Positions 12,815 to 26,570 of a DNA stretch of 64,000 nt are shown piece after piece. Positions within the stretch are counted from its first letter, which is position 1. Each line of letters begins with the position of its first letter. A program made the translations under genes and the position numbers. The notes beneath the pieces were generated by a model that saw nothing but the letters and a program-made list of their open reading frames with translations, had not been told where the DNA came from and searched no databases. Source of the DNA: Camelus ferus. Taxonomy: Eukaryota. The stretch is taken from positions 81,842,001 to 81,906,000 of the forward strand of contig NC_045696.1 in the NCBI RefSeq assembly GCF_009834535.1, in the 5' to 3' direction.

Positions 12815-14490
12815 AATAACAAGTACTGGTGACTATATGGAGAAACTGGAACCCTTGTGCACTGTAAAAGGATGCAGCCACTGTGGAAAACAACTTGGCA
12901 ATTCCTCAAAAAATTAAAGATAGAACTACCATATGATCCAGCAATTCCACTTCTAGGCATATATCCAAAAATACTGAAAACAGGGTCTCAGAGGTATTTA
13001 TTCATAGCAGCATTATTCACCATGGCTAAAACATGGAAGGAACCCAAGTGTCCATCAGTGAGTGGATAAAGAAAATGTGGTCTACACATACAATGGAATA
13101 TTATTCAACCATAAAAAGGAATATAATTTGACACATGCAACAACATGGATGAGTTTTGAGGACATTATGCTAAGTGAAATAAGCCAATCACAAAAAGACA
13201 AATACTATATGAGTCCACTTACATAAGGCACCTAAAATAGTTAAAATCATAGACAGTAAGAATGGTGGTTTGGTGGCACAACATTATAAAATGACTATAA
13301 CTCAATAAAAAATGTTATTTAAAAAAAAAAGAATGGTGATTTGGTTGCCAAGGGCTGGGGGGGAGGGGCAAGTACAGAGATGTTTAATGGATATGGAATT
13401 TCCATTCTGCAAGATGAAAAGAGTTTGGGATTCTCCAAGGAAGAAATACAAATGATCAATAGGCACATGAAAAAATGCTCAATATCACTAATTATCAGAG
13501 AAATGCAAATCAAAACTATGATGAAGATCATCTCACACCAGTCAGAATGGCCATCATTCAAAAGTCCACAAATGACAAATGCTGGAGAGGCTGTGGAGAA
13601 AAGGGAACCTTCCTACACTGCTGCTGGAAATGCAGTTTGGTGCAGCCACTGTGGAAAACAGTATGGAGATTCCTCAAAAGACTAGGAATAGACTTACCAT
13701 ATAACCCAGGAATCCCGCTCCTGGGCATATATCCAGAAGGAACCCTACTTCAAAAAGACACCTGCACCTCAGTGTTCATAGCAGCACTATTTACAATAGC
13801 CAAGACATGGAAACAGCCTAAATGTCCATCAACAGATGACTGGATAAAGAAGATGTGGTATATTTATACAATGGAATACTACTCAGCCATAAAAACCGAC
13901 AACATAACGCCATTTGCAGCAACATGGATGTCCCTGGAGAATGTCATTCTAAGTGAAGTAAGCCAGAAAGAGAGAAAAATACCATATGAGATCGCTCATA
14001 TGTGGAATCTAAAAAAAAAAAAAAAAAGAGTATAAATACAAAACAGAAACAGACTCATAGACATAGAATACAAACTTGTGGTTGCCAAAGGGGCGGCGAG
14101 TGGGAAGGAACAGACTGGGATTTCAAAATTTGTAGATACTGACAGACATATGCAGAATAGATAAACAAGATCACACTGTATAGCACAGGGAAATATATAC
14201 AAAATCTTGTGGTAGCTCACAGCAAAAAAAAATGTGACAATGAATATATGTATGTTCATGTATAACTGAAAAATTGTGCTCTATGTTGGAATTTGACACA
14301 ACATTATAAAATGACTATAACTCAATAAAAGATGTTTAAAAAAAAAGAGTTTGGGAGAAGATGGTGATGATGGCTGCACAACAATATAAATGAACTTAAT
14401 ACCACTGAACTGTACTCTTAAAAATGCCTAATACAGTAAATTTTATGTTATATATGTATTCCCATAATTCTAAAAATTGGCCCCAAAAAT
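12815..14490 (+). mobile_element. Old L1M 3' end (ORF2 C-terminus and 3'UTR) carrying two younger L1 insertions
   Basis: ORF 12857-13069 ([32 protein letters not shown]) is L1 ORF2-like. Its 3'UTR resumes after each insertion. Confidence 0.85.
13431..14342 (+). mobile_element. Younger 5'-truncated L1 (ORF2 C-terminus, 3'UTR, polyA)
   Basis: ORF 13475-14035 contains [49 protein letters not shown], the L1 ORF2 Cys-rich end. AATAAA and A tail follow. TSD aaaagagtttggga at 13417-13430 and 14343-14356. Confidence 0.92.
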
Positions 14491-17400
14491 TAAAAGATTA
14501 TTCAGGGTATCAAAGCTGTTTTAGAGGCATCCTCTCCTTAAGCTGTAACTCAAAATTATTTTAAAAACTAAATATCCCATTTGAAGTTTAAGGAATCCCC
14601 ATATGCCAAGCATTAAATTGACAGCTCTTCCATGTTTAATTTCTAACAATCAGCAGTTCACTGAGAGTCCTTTCTGTGTCAAGTTCCCTTCCTCTCCTTA
14701 GCCCACATGCATCTACCTGAGGATAGTTTCCTTCCATTCTCACAATGGCCTCAATCGAATCAGGAAAGATTCTAAACTATGAGGCTCAGAGAAAAAACTG
14801 CATGCCCCCATTTCTGTGACCTAGAAATTTGAATTCTCCAAGCTTTTATTACAAATATGTGTAAGCCTGATGCTTACCCATCAGAGCCATTTAGAGTGTT
14901 TTCAAGAAGGAATGAGCCCTCTGGAAGTCAATTAACTGGATGAGATAAGTACTGTGTCAGGCTTTCCTTCAGAGAAGGGAAATACAAATGATTTGTGACT
15001 CTAATTAACTTCAAAAACAGCAACGGGAATACAATTTGGAACAGAATCCAAAGAGGAAATAGTCCATCCAAATTCAATTCTGGTGACTGGAAGACTGTAA
15101 TTGAATTTCCTTCCTAGCGGAGACACTCCTCAGGGCAGGTGGGGAGGGGGAAGGGAGTTTCCTAGCAATGGGGTTTCCCTGTTCTACAAAGCTCTGTATC
15201 CAAAGCAGCCCCTTTAACGTATTGGAAATAAGTTCAAGGTGCAGATACAACGTCCTCAAATCTCTCACCCAGGCTTGTCAATCTTGTGGTTAAGAAGGTG
15301 AGGATTGGGCTAACTAATCGTGGTGGAGAGGGTATGGGAAGATGTGCTGTGAGCCTTAAGGACCAGCAGAGGAAGGTCACTTCTGTCCTATCTGCTCCCT
15401 GACACCCAAATGCCTCCACTAGAAACAAAGTCTGGCATTCCTCAATAAGAAAGATCTTTGAATGCCTTCACAATTAACTCCCCTTGGAAGAAGGAACATA
15501 GTGTCTTAACTTACTGACATTGAGATATGAATGACTGATACCAGTTCCTTCCCAGAAAGCAGGTTTTCACAAGTCATGAGAAAGTTATGAGGTCTCTGGG
15601 TGCCTGAGAGAGGGTTGGGGGACTACAGGAGCGGAAATGGCACAGAAGGGAGAGGTCAGGGCCCCAAAGACACACTTGGACCCATTCACTTTGCAACCTT
15701 GCCAAGAGTTAGATCTAAATATAGCAAGGGCAGAAGATGCCATAAACCAGCCCTGAGCTGATGCCCTCAAGATCGCTCTGAGGGGAGATATGGCTGGTGA
15801 GGTGCAAAGAGGGTTGGACAGTGGGGTGCAAGAGAGAAACCTGTATTCCAACCCTGGCTTTCCACAGGCTAGGTAAACCCGGGCTCTACACTGGCTGTGT
15901 AAACATGTGCAGACCTCTTCCCCTGTTTTCTCATCTGTAAACAAGAAGATGACCCGTGATTTCTAACTTTCCAGTGCACTGCCATGAGGGCAGTGAACAC
16001 ATCTCTCCTGTTTCCTGCTGCACCTTGGCACCCATGAGATGCAGGAGGCTTTCAATGAATATTTGTTGAAAGAATGGATGAACAGAAGTTAAGTCTTCTC
16101 TCATCATCCAGAGGCCCTCCCTATACTTTTGCCAAAGTGGAGAACAATTTCAATCACTCTATTTAAAGATTCAACTGTTCACCTCCCTGACAGATTTCAG
16201 ATCCTTGGAATCCCTTTGAGAAATTGATCCTAAGAAAATAAACAATCAAAGATATGGTCAAACATTTATGCCAAAAAAGTCTCTATAATTACACAGAAAA
16301 AAAAACCCTCAAAATGGAATTAATCTAATGTCCCAAACTTGAGGTTGTTTAAATAAATTACAGTGTAACTTTAGAATTCAACACTGTACAGCCATATAAA
16401 AATGTCTTCAAAGAATGTTTCATGACATGAGAATCTTCATTAATTATATTACATTTTTAAAGCCAGATGTAGAGATTATATATGTCTTTAGTTTAGCAAA
16501 TGCATATATTTGATATATGCACATAGAGAAATATTTAGGAGATTGTATAAATTATTAACCATTGTTACCTCTAAGAAGTCTGATTTGGGGTAGTGTTGCA
16601 TTTTCTTCTTCACACTTTTCTATTTTTTCCAAACGTTCTTCAAAATATATTTTACTTTTATTTTCAAAAATAAAATGTAATTAATGTTTATTTCCTATGA
16701 TATATGGGCCCTTTAAATTATCTGTCATGTCCTAAATGGCAAACCAAGAAGGCACCCTGGCACCTCCCCACAAGCAATGACACAAATAATAGAAGGTGCC
16801 CTCTCAAAGCCATACCACAGACTTCTCTCACTGCACTGGCACTTACAAATTTAGGATTTTTATATTCCTTCTGCAAAAGGAATCCATGCTCAAGTGGAGT
16901 TTATAAGCTTGGATACTTGGCTCACATACGTATTGTTAAGTATTAAGTGCTAGTGTTAACTCGTTCCAGATGACAAGGATGTTGAAAAGACATCACAATG
17001 CTAAAGGATTAATGAAGATATTTGTGTATTTAATTGCAAATATTCAGCTTAATCCTTCTATCGAGTAAAATATGCGCCAACATACATTCGTGTGGCCTTG
17101 GGGATACTGTCTGTCACACAGAATATGGTCAATAATTATTTGTTAAATCAGGTTAAACAGAATTTCACACAAACCTGCCAAAAATGTAATTATTTTCAAA
17201 ATATACATATTGTTCATGATTTAGAAATGAAATCCATCCTTCGCTAAGGTCATTCTGCTACTTAAAATCTCCAGTGGCTCCCACTGGCCAACAGATCAAA
17301 GCCCTTCACAGCCTGCACCTGCTCCATCTCCCTGGTCTCATGTCTAACTCACCCCCAGGCGTCCAGTGTTTGGACCCCAACAGACTCCTCAGTGTTTCCT

Positions 17401-17724
17401 GGGCACACTCTCTTGTTCCCTTGTGTATCTTTGAATGCCCTTCACCCCTTCTTCACTCAGCAAACTCCCATTCGTCCTTCCAGCTCGTCTCAAATGTATC
17501 TCCCCTCTGAATTTCCTGAATTTAACCTCTGCCCAACTCTCTCCTCCCCCACCACATGTTCCCCTAATATTCTTTTTTTGTGTACGTAGCATTTTACATG
17601 TTGAATCCAATTGTTTATGTCTCTCTCCTGCTATAGAGCAGAAGCCCCCAAAAAGAGTAAAAAGAAAATATTAGAAATATTTTAATCTAAAAATTAAGAA
17701 GAAAATTAAGCAGTATATCAATAT

Positions 17725-17800
17725 AGCATTATATAATATTAACATATTATTAGATGTTAATAACAATATATTATAATATGTTGTTATAATATATTATAAT
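17725..17800. repeat. AT-rich low-complexity tract
   Basis: Nearly pure A/T with repeated tataat/attata units. Confidence 0.7.
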
Positions 17801-19759
17801 GTGTCATTTATATATTAACATACAATATGTTCGGTGTGTTAAATATGAAGCATAATTTGGTTTGTATTACACTATGAAGTTTACTATGGATGCTGCTGAG
17901 CCACATATTCAGCAGGCATCCCTCTGAGGGACTACTGGGCATCTGGGTCTTCAAGAGCTCCTGGAGACAGAGCATCCTCTTCAATGAGGAGAGGTAAACG
18001 GCACCACCCTCACCACCTTTGCTATTTTGTTTAAGTTGCAATATTTTATATGGTACCAATACCCATTTAAGTGGATTTATCTGTTTTTATCAAACTAACC
18101 ACACAAAAAGAGCTAGTCATTTTAAAAGATTCCTACAAAGAAATCCAAAAAACCATCACAGCAAAAATAGTGAAGCCAAAAGGACAAAAGTTTGCTGTCT
18201 AGCAAGAATTTTCAATAAACACTGCTAATCTATGATCTTATAACAATTCATGAAAAAGCAACTATTTTTTTGAAGAAAATTAGTGCAATGGAGAGATCAT
18301 TTTGAAAACAGATGTTTGTTCACTTATGTGATTTTCTTACCAAAAATAATATGTATCAACTATAAAAAGTTCTACTGTACATACAGAAAATTTTTCATTT
18401 TTAAATCTGATTAAGAAATTTTACAAAGAGTCTCTATGGGTCTTGAAACAATTTTTTAGAAGTAAAAAGAAAATTGACCTGATTAGTTTGAAAAAACAAC
18501 TGAAAGTCACCAAGGAAGTTGGAGAATTGCCAAATTTTAATACAAATCTTTGCAAAATTGGTGGAGGAGATTGACACAAGAGTATATTGATTGAAGAAGG
18601 TAGTCAGTGATGGTTCTATGCATTTCTGTAAGGTACCTTTTTCCAGCCAAAGTAGCTATTAAAACCAAATAGTGAAATTAACTGAACTAAGAATCAGACT
18701 TCTGAATGCTTTTATCTCAGTGTTAAATAATGAAGTAGGTTCAAGCTCATTGCTCTCATGATTACATTATTACTAATATAAAGAGAAGAGTTTGTATCAT
18801 TAAAAAATATGAAATAAAATTAAAATGTTATTTCATTTTCCCCATTCTTTTAATTTTTTGTACATTTTATACTGCACATAATACAATAATACCATTACTC
18901 ATCTATAGAGGTAAGTAAATAAACATACACAGGTATACCTAGAAATAGGAGAGAGAGTTAATTAAAGTTTGCAGAACGAAAATCTTCTAATAAGATTTAA
19001 TAGCAGAGATATAAAAAGTGTCCATGGATCCTGTGCACAGTATGTGAAAAAGACATAAAAAGGGGGGGGAAAACTTTTAGGTAGGCATGGTCTGTTTATT
19101 TTGTAATAATCAAAAGGAGAGAAATCCTCTCTAAAAATTTTGGTGTCCTACAATTTAAACTATAGCACTGAGTAGACTAGAATATAAACTGTAGCACTGA
19201 ATAACAGATAAGAATGGGAAACTATATATCTAGCTAAGAAAATGTATGGGAGAGAAATTAGACATTGAAGTTAAGTGGCATTTTCTGGCAAACTCTTAAG
19301 ATCTCATTATTTAATGAATTCACTTGACCAGACAAAGGCACGTGTTAGTACCTTTCCTAAGAACACACTAATTTGAATTCATGAATATGATGAAATTCTG
19401 TTTTCCAGAAAATACTCAGCCAGTTAGTGAAAAGAACATAGAGGGAAATTAGAGGCAGTTTTATCACTTATCATTATGTAGCAATGTCGTGTTTTGAAAA
19501 TGAGATTGAAACATGCTTCGTTGTCTTCTCTCAAACTCTGTGGAGCTTTTGTTTAACAGATTAGAAGATGGATGCAAGTGAAGCTAGTTCACTAGTTGCA
19601 GTGCCCAGGTCTTCGGTAGCTGCAGAGTGCTTCCCCTGTCTTTCTCCCCAAGCTTGCATCTCAAAAGCTGCTCCTTCTCCGGCGCTGAGATCAGTTTTTC
19701 GACCTATGGGAGGAGATGAGCAAACTTAGTGGTGACCAAAGGAACCCTTGATGAGATAA

Positions 19760-19935
19760 AGCAACAGCCTTACCAGAGACAATTTGAGGACAAATAAAAG
19801 CAATAAGTCATTTCACCCTGGGTGGTAAACATATGGAACAATGTTAACTCCAAGTGACAGTGCTCACCGAAGCATAAATGGGTTCAAGGAGGGTTCAGAC
19901 ACACTTGGGGAGAATTACTCTCTAAAGGGTTATTA
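19760..19935 (+). mobile_element. Ancient CR1/L3 LINE 3' fragment
   Basis: tttgaggacaaataaaag...ggtaaacatatggaac...ataaatgggttcaaggagggttcagac resembles the recalled CR1 3' consensus. Confidence 0.5.
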
Positions 19936-21237
19936 AATAAAATTAAGTTTGCTTTGGGAAACTTCCAGGCTCTGGAGACAGACCTCAAGGACTCAAATCC
20001 CATTCCTCTGTCCTCAGGGCGCTGCAGTGACAACACCTGACACAGAGCAAGTTTCTTTCGTTCTTGTCATGACATCAGAACTAAATTCCAAATTCTGTTA
20101 CACAGAAGGAGTCTTTGACAGCTTCCCAGGTCTTGGCACTGCCCGCTGTCCTTGGGCTGGTGAAGAAAGGATCTGACTAAGAAATCAGAACCCTGCTTCT
20201 CCCTTTCCCATCCAGATAGACTTTTTAAAACAAAATCAAGGCCCTACTTCCCTTCGAGGGGCCTTTTGGGATTGAAAGTAACTCAGAAAGACCTCCTAAC
20301 CTACAGTGCTCTTTTTTATTTTATTTTCAAATTTTAAGCCCAAACTAGTTAACTTCAAAGAAGCTCTGTGCCAAAATCACAGCTTTGTTTTCCTAAGGAG
20401 GCCTTATTGAATGATTGATATTTTGAAGGTTTTCCAGTCCAATGATTTCTTTGCTAAAAACATGGTTTACTCACTCATCTCGGCCTTTGTTGCAAACCAA
20501 ACCCACAGTCTGGACGCTGTCCCCTCACCCCCTTAATGGTGGAACTGCTAACAAGCAGTGACCACAGTGGCCCATTCCTAGTAAAAGGTGCCCCTCTGAG
20601 CTTTGCTTTTTACATGCAGATTATGAGCGCTGTCATTCATTAGGACTTCAAAGCCTACAAGAGAGTTTACTCCCTTTGGTAGCTAATTTCCCTTATTTCC
20701 TGAAAATCCATTTGTGGAGTAGTGGAGAATATGAGTCTACACTTCCTCTTTCCAGAGGTAGAAATATTCAATAGCCTTTGTACCATAGAGAAGCCTGAGT
20801 TCCCTTTATTTTCCAACTGACCACAGATAAAGGATCCCTTTCTAAGAACGTTTGTTTTGAAGACTAGCAGGTCCAGAATTTAAACCTACCCCTAAACCAA
20901 CATCTTCAATTGGGAGAATATTTATGTTAAAGAAACTTACGCTAATTTTGAATCTGTCCTTTCATTAAATGGCTTTCCATGGTAATTCATTCCACTTTCT
21001 TAGGGAATAAATTCCTCTTGAGAGCTAGAGTGGTGGGTAATACTTCAGGTTTACAGTCAGACTTGCAAGGCTATGGAACCTTAGACAATATACTTAACCA
21101 CTCTGTGCCTCTGTTTTTGCATCCATAAAATGGGCATATGATAGCCCTTAACTCATGAAGTTGCTGTAAAAATTAAATGAACAAATACATGTATGGTGCA
21201 CTCTATGTTACAATTTTAAGTAAAATGAATGTGTCTC

Positions 21238-21385
21238 CTTTTTTTTTTTTTTTTTTTGAGGTGGGGAGGGAGGTAATTAAGTTTACCCATTTATTTACTT
21301 TTTTTAGAGGAAGTACTGAGGATTGAACCCAGGACCTCGTGCATGCTAAGCACGCACTCTACCACTTTGAGCTATACCCTCACCC
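21238..21385 (-). mobile_element. Camelid-type tRNA-derived SINE
   Basis: Reverse complement GGGTGAGGGTATAGCTCAAAGTGGTAGAGTGCGTGCTTAGCATGCACGAGGTCCTGGGTTCAATCC with a polyA tail. Confidence 0.85.
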
Positions 21386-21629
21386 TGCTTCTCTTTAATA
21401 CCCTATAAGAAAGATGCTTAATTTTGACATTTTGATTCTACCTGTATTTTGTTAAACATAATTTGGTTTTGTTTCATAAATTCAAAGTATGCTGTAGCAG
21501 TATGAGAACCGGCCTCAGCACTGGAAGAGATGGGTTCAAATCCCAACCTTGATACTTACTAGCTCTGGGGCCTAGACTCATTACCTTATCTCCCTGAGCC
21601 CCAGTTTCTCCACAGAAAAAAGAATGATG

Positions 21630-21915
21630 CTGGTAGCTGAATGGACTGAATGTGTGCTCCCCAAAATTCATCTGCTGAAGCCCTAATCCTCAGTGTGATG
21701 GTATTTGGAGGTGAGCCTTTTAGAAGGTAATTAGGTTTAAATGAGGTCATGAGGGGAGAGCCCCCACGATGGAATTTGTATCCTTTTAAGAAGAAAGACT
21801 ACAGCACACTCTCGCTTTTTCATGCTCTGTCTCTCCTCAACCCCCGCCAACCCTGACCAAGTGAGGACACAGCCAGAAGGCAGCCCTCTGCAAACCAGGA
21901 AGAGTCCTCCTCAGA
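21630..21915 (+). mobile_element. MLT1A-like (ERVL-MaLR) LTR fragment
   Basis: ggactgaatgtgtgctccccaaaattcat..gaagccctaatc..gtgatggtatttggaggtg..aattaggttt..gaggtcatgagg is the MLT1/MST pattern. Confidence 0.7.
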
Positions 21916-21974
21916 CTCCAGACTCAGACTTCATCAAAATTTTAGCCAGGCACAGAGCCAGATAGAATAAAGGC

Positions 21975-23307
21975 CAGGGCCAGCCTCATGGACATGCGAC
22001 CTATATAGCCTCACAGGCCCCACAAGCAGAAGGACCCTGCACTTGGTTTAATTCTCTGCTGTTGGCATCTTGGATTCTTCATAATTTTATCATGAAACCT
22101 GTGTTTTGTAAGTGAAGTCTGATGGGACAGTGGAGCGTGTGGTGAGCAAAGAACATACGTGTGATGCACGTGTTCACCATTTCTTGCCACCTTATCTGCA
22201 CATGGTGCTCACGATGCCCTGAGAGCATAGGGTTCCGGTGGGCCACAGTACACAGGAGTCAGGAGGACTCAAAGCAAGTTCAGAGTCAAGTGTGTGTTAT
22301 GAGTTTCATGGTGAATGTTTGTGTTTCCCCAAAATTTATATGTTGAAATCCCAGCTCCCACAACGGACGGTATTAGGAGGTAGGGCCTTTGGGAGGTGCT
22401 TAGGTCATGAGAATGGAGCCCTCAGATATGGAATTAGTGCTTTTATAAAGGGCCCCACAGAGCGCCCTCCACCATGTGAGGACACACGAAGAGGGCGCCA
22501 GCTCTGAACCAGGAAGAGGGTCCTCATCAGAAGGTGACCATGCTGGTGCCTTGATCTTGGATGTCCCAGAACTGTGAGAAATAGATTTCTGTTGTTTATA
22601 AGCTCCCAGTCTGTGGTATTTGTTGTAGCAGCCTGCACAGGCTGAAAAGGAGTAAACAGTGCACTGACAGTCCCCAGAGGCCACACTTACCATTCAAACC
22701 ACAACTTTCTTCGAATAGAAAACAAAGGCAATGGAGCTCTAAGACACGTGAATGACCAAGGAACATTGTCCTTGTGTTAACTTCCTGTGTTCACCAACCT
22801 GTGTTTACAATGAAAATGATGACATAGAAGGAAAGAGAAAGATAGGGCAACTTATTGCTCCTATTTCTTTCAGTCCTTCCTTCCTCATCGGTAAGCTGAA
22901 GGTAGAGAGTGTTGGCAGAAAGTGTGCATATCAAGAAGTGAAATAAAAAATAATTGAGTTAGCTTTGTAGGAAGTTTCTGCTGCTCTCATAAGAAATCCT
23001 AATATGTGTACATGCTACCAAGTACAAAGTGTGGAATTTCAGTGTTTCCACATAAAAGTGGCATGCTCTTTTATTTGCATTTAAAACAGACATTGCACAA
23101 TAGAAAGACTGGTAAAATTCAAATGCTAGTAATTTAAAATTTTAATTTTTCTTTACTCAGAAAAAACACCATGACAAGTCAAGAGAGAGATCACAAAAAA
23201 GGGGGAAAGCTTTACACTTTAAGTACCTTTAACACTTCTGTATTTTGTAAAAGGAGCTACATATTTTCATTTTACACTGGGCACTGCAAATTATGTAGCC
23301 AACCTGG
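21975..23307. mobile_element. hAT-Tip100 (MER91/Zaphod-like) DNA transposon interrupted by an LTR
   Basis: MER91-type termini cagggccagcctcatgg ... cactgggcactgcaaattatgtagcc. 8-bp TSD ataaaggc (21967-21974) / ataaagac (23308-23315). Confidence 0.65.
22300..22645 (+). mobile_element. MLT1A-like solo LTR
   Basis: tgaatgtttgtgtttccccaaaatttatatgttgaaatcc...cagaactgtgagaaatagatttctgttgtttataag...gtggtatttgttgtagcagcc. Confidence 0.75.
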
Positions 23308-25406
23308 ATAAAGACCATATTTCCCTGGCTCTCTGGCAGCTACATGTAGCTTTGTGACTTCCTGCAAGCAGATTCCTGTGGCAGCTTCAAAAGCTTCAGC
23401 CTTTGCCCCTTTACTTTGATCCTTTCTCCACCTGCAAGGTAGGTGCTTCCATCTTGGCCATGAGTTCAAGAGCCCCACCCCCACCCCCAGGGTTGGTAAA
23501 GCAGTGAGTTGGGAGAAGCCAGGGTCCCTGAGGCTTTGTGAACAGGAACCACCATACAGGCCAAGCCTGTGCGTGGAATGGATTCCATGAAATGACTCGT
23601 GTGAATGTGTGTGTCTATACCAGTCACTCAATGAATGCCTAGATTTTTGTTTTTTATTGTTTGTTTTTTGGTGAACTAAGAAAAGAAATATTATTCTTCA
23701 TATCTTTCTTAGGAACAGTTCAGCGCCCTCAGACCATCTGCCATCCCCAGCACGGGGGTCACTGCTGCAAGTCCCCACTTCCCTCTGCTCACAGGACCGG
23801 GCGGTGCCTTTTATGCAGATGTCACCTGACTCCGCTGTTTCTGTGGCACCTATCACAGTAAAAGCTGAGCTCTGACACCTGCAGGGGGAGTTTTTAAGTC
23901 ATTCAGACAAGAGAGTATTGACACCGTCTACTAAATTACAGCTCTAAGAAACAAGGTGCTCCTCTGCAGAAGGTGTCAGCAGGGCATTGTGCAGAAGCCT
24001 GGAGGAGCCTTTTCTGCCATTTCCTCACTGTGCTGCACAGAATTAAATCGACAGACTTTAAGGAGTCAGGATTGGCTGACTTTCAACACTCTTAAAAAAG
24101 ATGCCAAGTTGGGAGGAGATCTGGTCATGATGCCTTTATATATCAAACATCCGTAAGCTCTTATCTTTAATCAGTGCACTAATATGCTTCTGTTGGTATT
24201 TTCTTTTCCCTCTCTGTCATGGTATATGTTTCCAGAGTAGATTAAAGATGACAATGATGAGAAACTCACGGCATCATTATTCACGGTGTTCCTGACTATA
24301 CCTCTAGGCTGTGAGTTAGCAGAGGGCTGGGTTGACTTTGCACTCCTTATTTATATCTGGTGGCTAGTGTGTGGCTGGCACCTAACAAATGTTCATCAAA
24401 TGTTTGCTTAATTAACTACTTAACAAAAGAACCAGTGAATGAACAAATAATTTTAGCAGATGCTCCTAAAACCCATTTTAAGATGACCAAAGTTCTAAGA
24501 GCTTGTAAATTGTCTTTTTCCACAGGGTTCAAATTTTCTGATGAACATATACCATTTCAGATGTGAGTCCAGACCAACAGCATCAGCATCCCCTGAAAGC
24601 TGGTTAGCTATGAGAGAGCTGGTTAGCTATGCAGAGTCCCAAGCCCCACCCCCGACCTGCTGAGCCAGAATCTGCATTTTAACCAGACCCTTAGGTGATC
24701 TGTATGCACATTACAGTTTTAGCAGCAAAGCTGAATACAACTCAACATAATACTTTCATTAAAGAAAGTCTCAGACAGTGACCACCGGGTGCTCGTTGCC
24801 ATTTGGAAGGTAATTTTGATGTAAAGGATATGCAATTCTTACCTTCCACAGTCCTCTAGAAACAGCTTAACAGTTTCCTTATTTTTTCGTTTCAACAATG
24901 GGGCATGGAGCAGTGACAAGTCCCTCCGTCTCCACTCCCTCCCCCAGCCCCGGGGCCACAAAGCCTGAGCTCTGAGGTTCTGCGTGAGGTAGAGAAATAT
25001 AGATTCCTCAAGAGCTGCTATTCAAGTCCTAAGCAGCATGTGCCAATGTTCCACCCACAATTCTGGTGCAGTCTCCTTGAAGCTGCACATCTGGCTGTCA
25101 CACACTCTTTTGTGGGGACATCTCAATGGCAGCACTGATGCTCCCTCTGCCCGGGACCAACCCTACAGTGGCCTCCCTGTCCTCCCAGCATGTGATGTCA
25201 TGAGCATGAATGTCCTGCCAAACATTTAAGATGTTGCAGTTACATTGTGTACATTGTATAGAGAAACACTGACACGCAGATTTGAAATTAAAAAAAAGAA
25301 AAAGGAAAAAACAGGGCAAGATAAAACCAAACCTTGTTCTATTGTTATCCCTAACCACCAATTCAACACAAATATGTAACTTGTATTCTTAAAGGACACA
25401 GTCTTC

Positions 25407-25438
<32 letters not shown>

Positions 25439-26249
25439 CGTTGTAACTGGCATTCATAGATTCAGAGATTTCCTTGAAACATTCTTTCTCTAATTCGGTT
25501 TCTATCAAATTCTTAGATAGCGTGAGCAGAACTAGTTCATTTCAAATCAAAGATCCCCTGCATGCAGGTCTCTTCAGAACAGGACAAAGACTCAGGGGAA
25601 GCTGGATGTAACTCTCAGTCATCTTGCCTCCGAGGACCATCCAAGAGGGACGAGGGACGGGATTGGCTGCACTACAGAAGGACGTGAGAAAGAGGCCTGC
25701 CCTTCACTGTTTATCAAAGTGTGGCATGGGGACCACCTCGTCAGAATCACCGGGGATGCAGAATAAAAATGCAGACTCTTGGGTACCAACCCACATCTAT
25801 TGAGTCGGTGTACTGGGTGAAGAGAGAGAATCTGCAATTCATCCTGACGTCCCAGTAGTGATTCTTATACTGGAGAACAAAGACTTCACAATTAGACTTA
25901 AATCCAATATTAGCTCTATATAGGGGCAACTTGACCTTGACAAATAACCTACACTCTCTACATGTCATTTTCCTCATCTATACACTGGGGACTGTGGGGA
26001 GGATTTTAGCACAAAGAGGTCTCAAGAGCAGGACTTAAAAAAAAAAAGAGCAGGACTTCCCTTTTTCCTGTTTTTCAGGAGGAGCTCCTTGGGTCTGCTG
26101 TTTTACCTGTGACTGGGGTTACTGTCTTCCTCTGGTGACAATTACTGTCACTGTAAGTGCCAGGTTACAATGGAGCTCTAATGAGGGCAGCTAAAACCAT
26201 CAAGACTGAGTCCCCCTTTTGTTACTGAGACAGAACGTGTTGTTCTGTA

Positions 26250-26570
26250 ACCGTGCTGTCCAATCCAGCAGCCACTAGCCATCCATGGCCACTGAGCACT
26301 TGCAGCATGGCCAGTGTCAATGGAGAGGGACTGTAAGTGTAAAACACGCCCTGGAATCCAAAGACTTAATACAAAAAGAAGAACATAAAATATCCCATTA
26401 ATAACTGACTATATGAGGATATGATAATATTTTGGATGTACTGGATTAAAATAGAATATATTAAAATTAATTTCATTCATTTGCTTTTAGCTTTTTTAAT
26501 GTGGCTCCTAGAAAAATTTTAAATCACATGTGTGGCTGATGTTATATTTCTACTGGACAGTGCTCTTCTG
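26250..26570. mobile_element. MER3/MER33-like hAT-Charlie element
   Basis: Inverted ends gtgctgtccaat ... actggacagtgct, with gccactagcca..tggccactgagcacttg inside. Confidence 0.6.

Noticed and set aside
13475..14035. 186-aa ORF as a host gene
   Set aside because: It is the C-terminal fragment of L1 ORF2 in a 5'-truncated element with a TSD.
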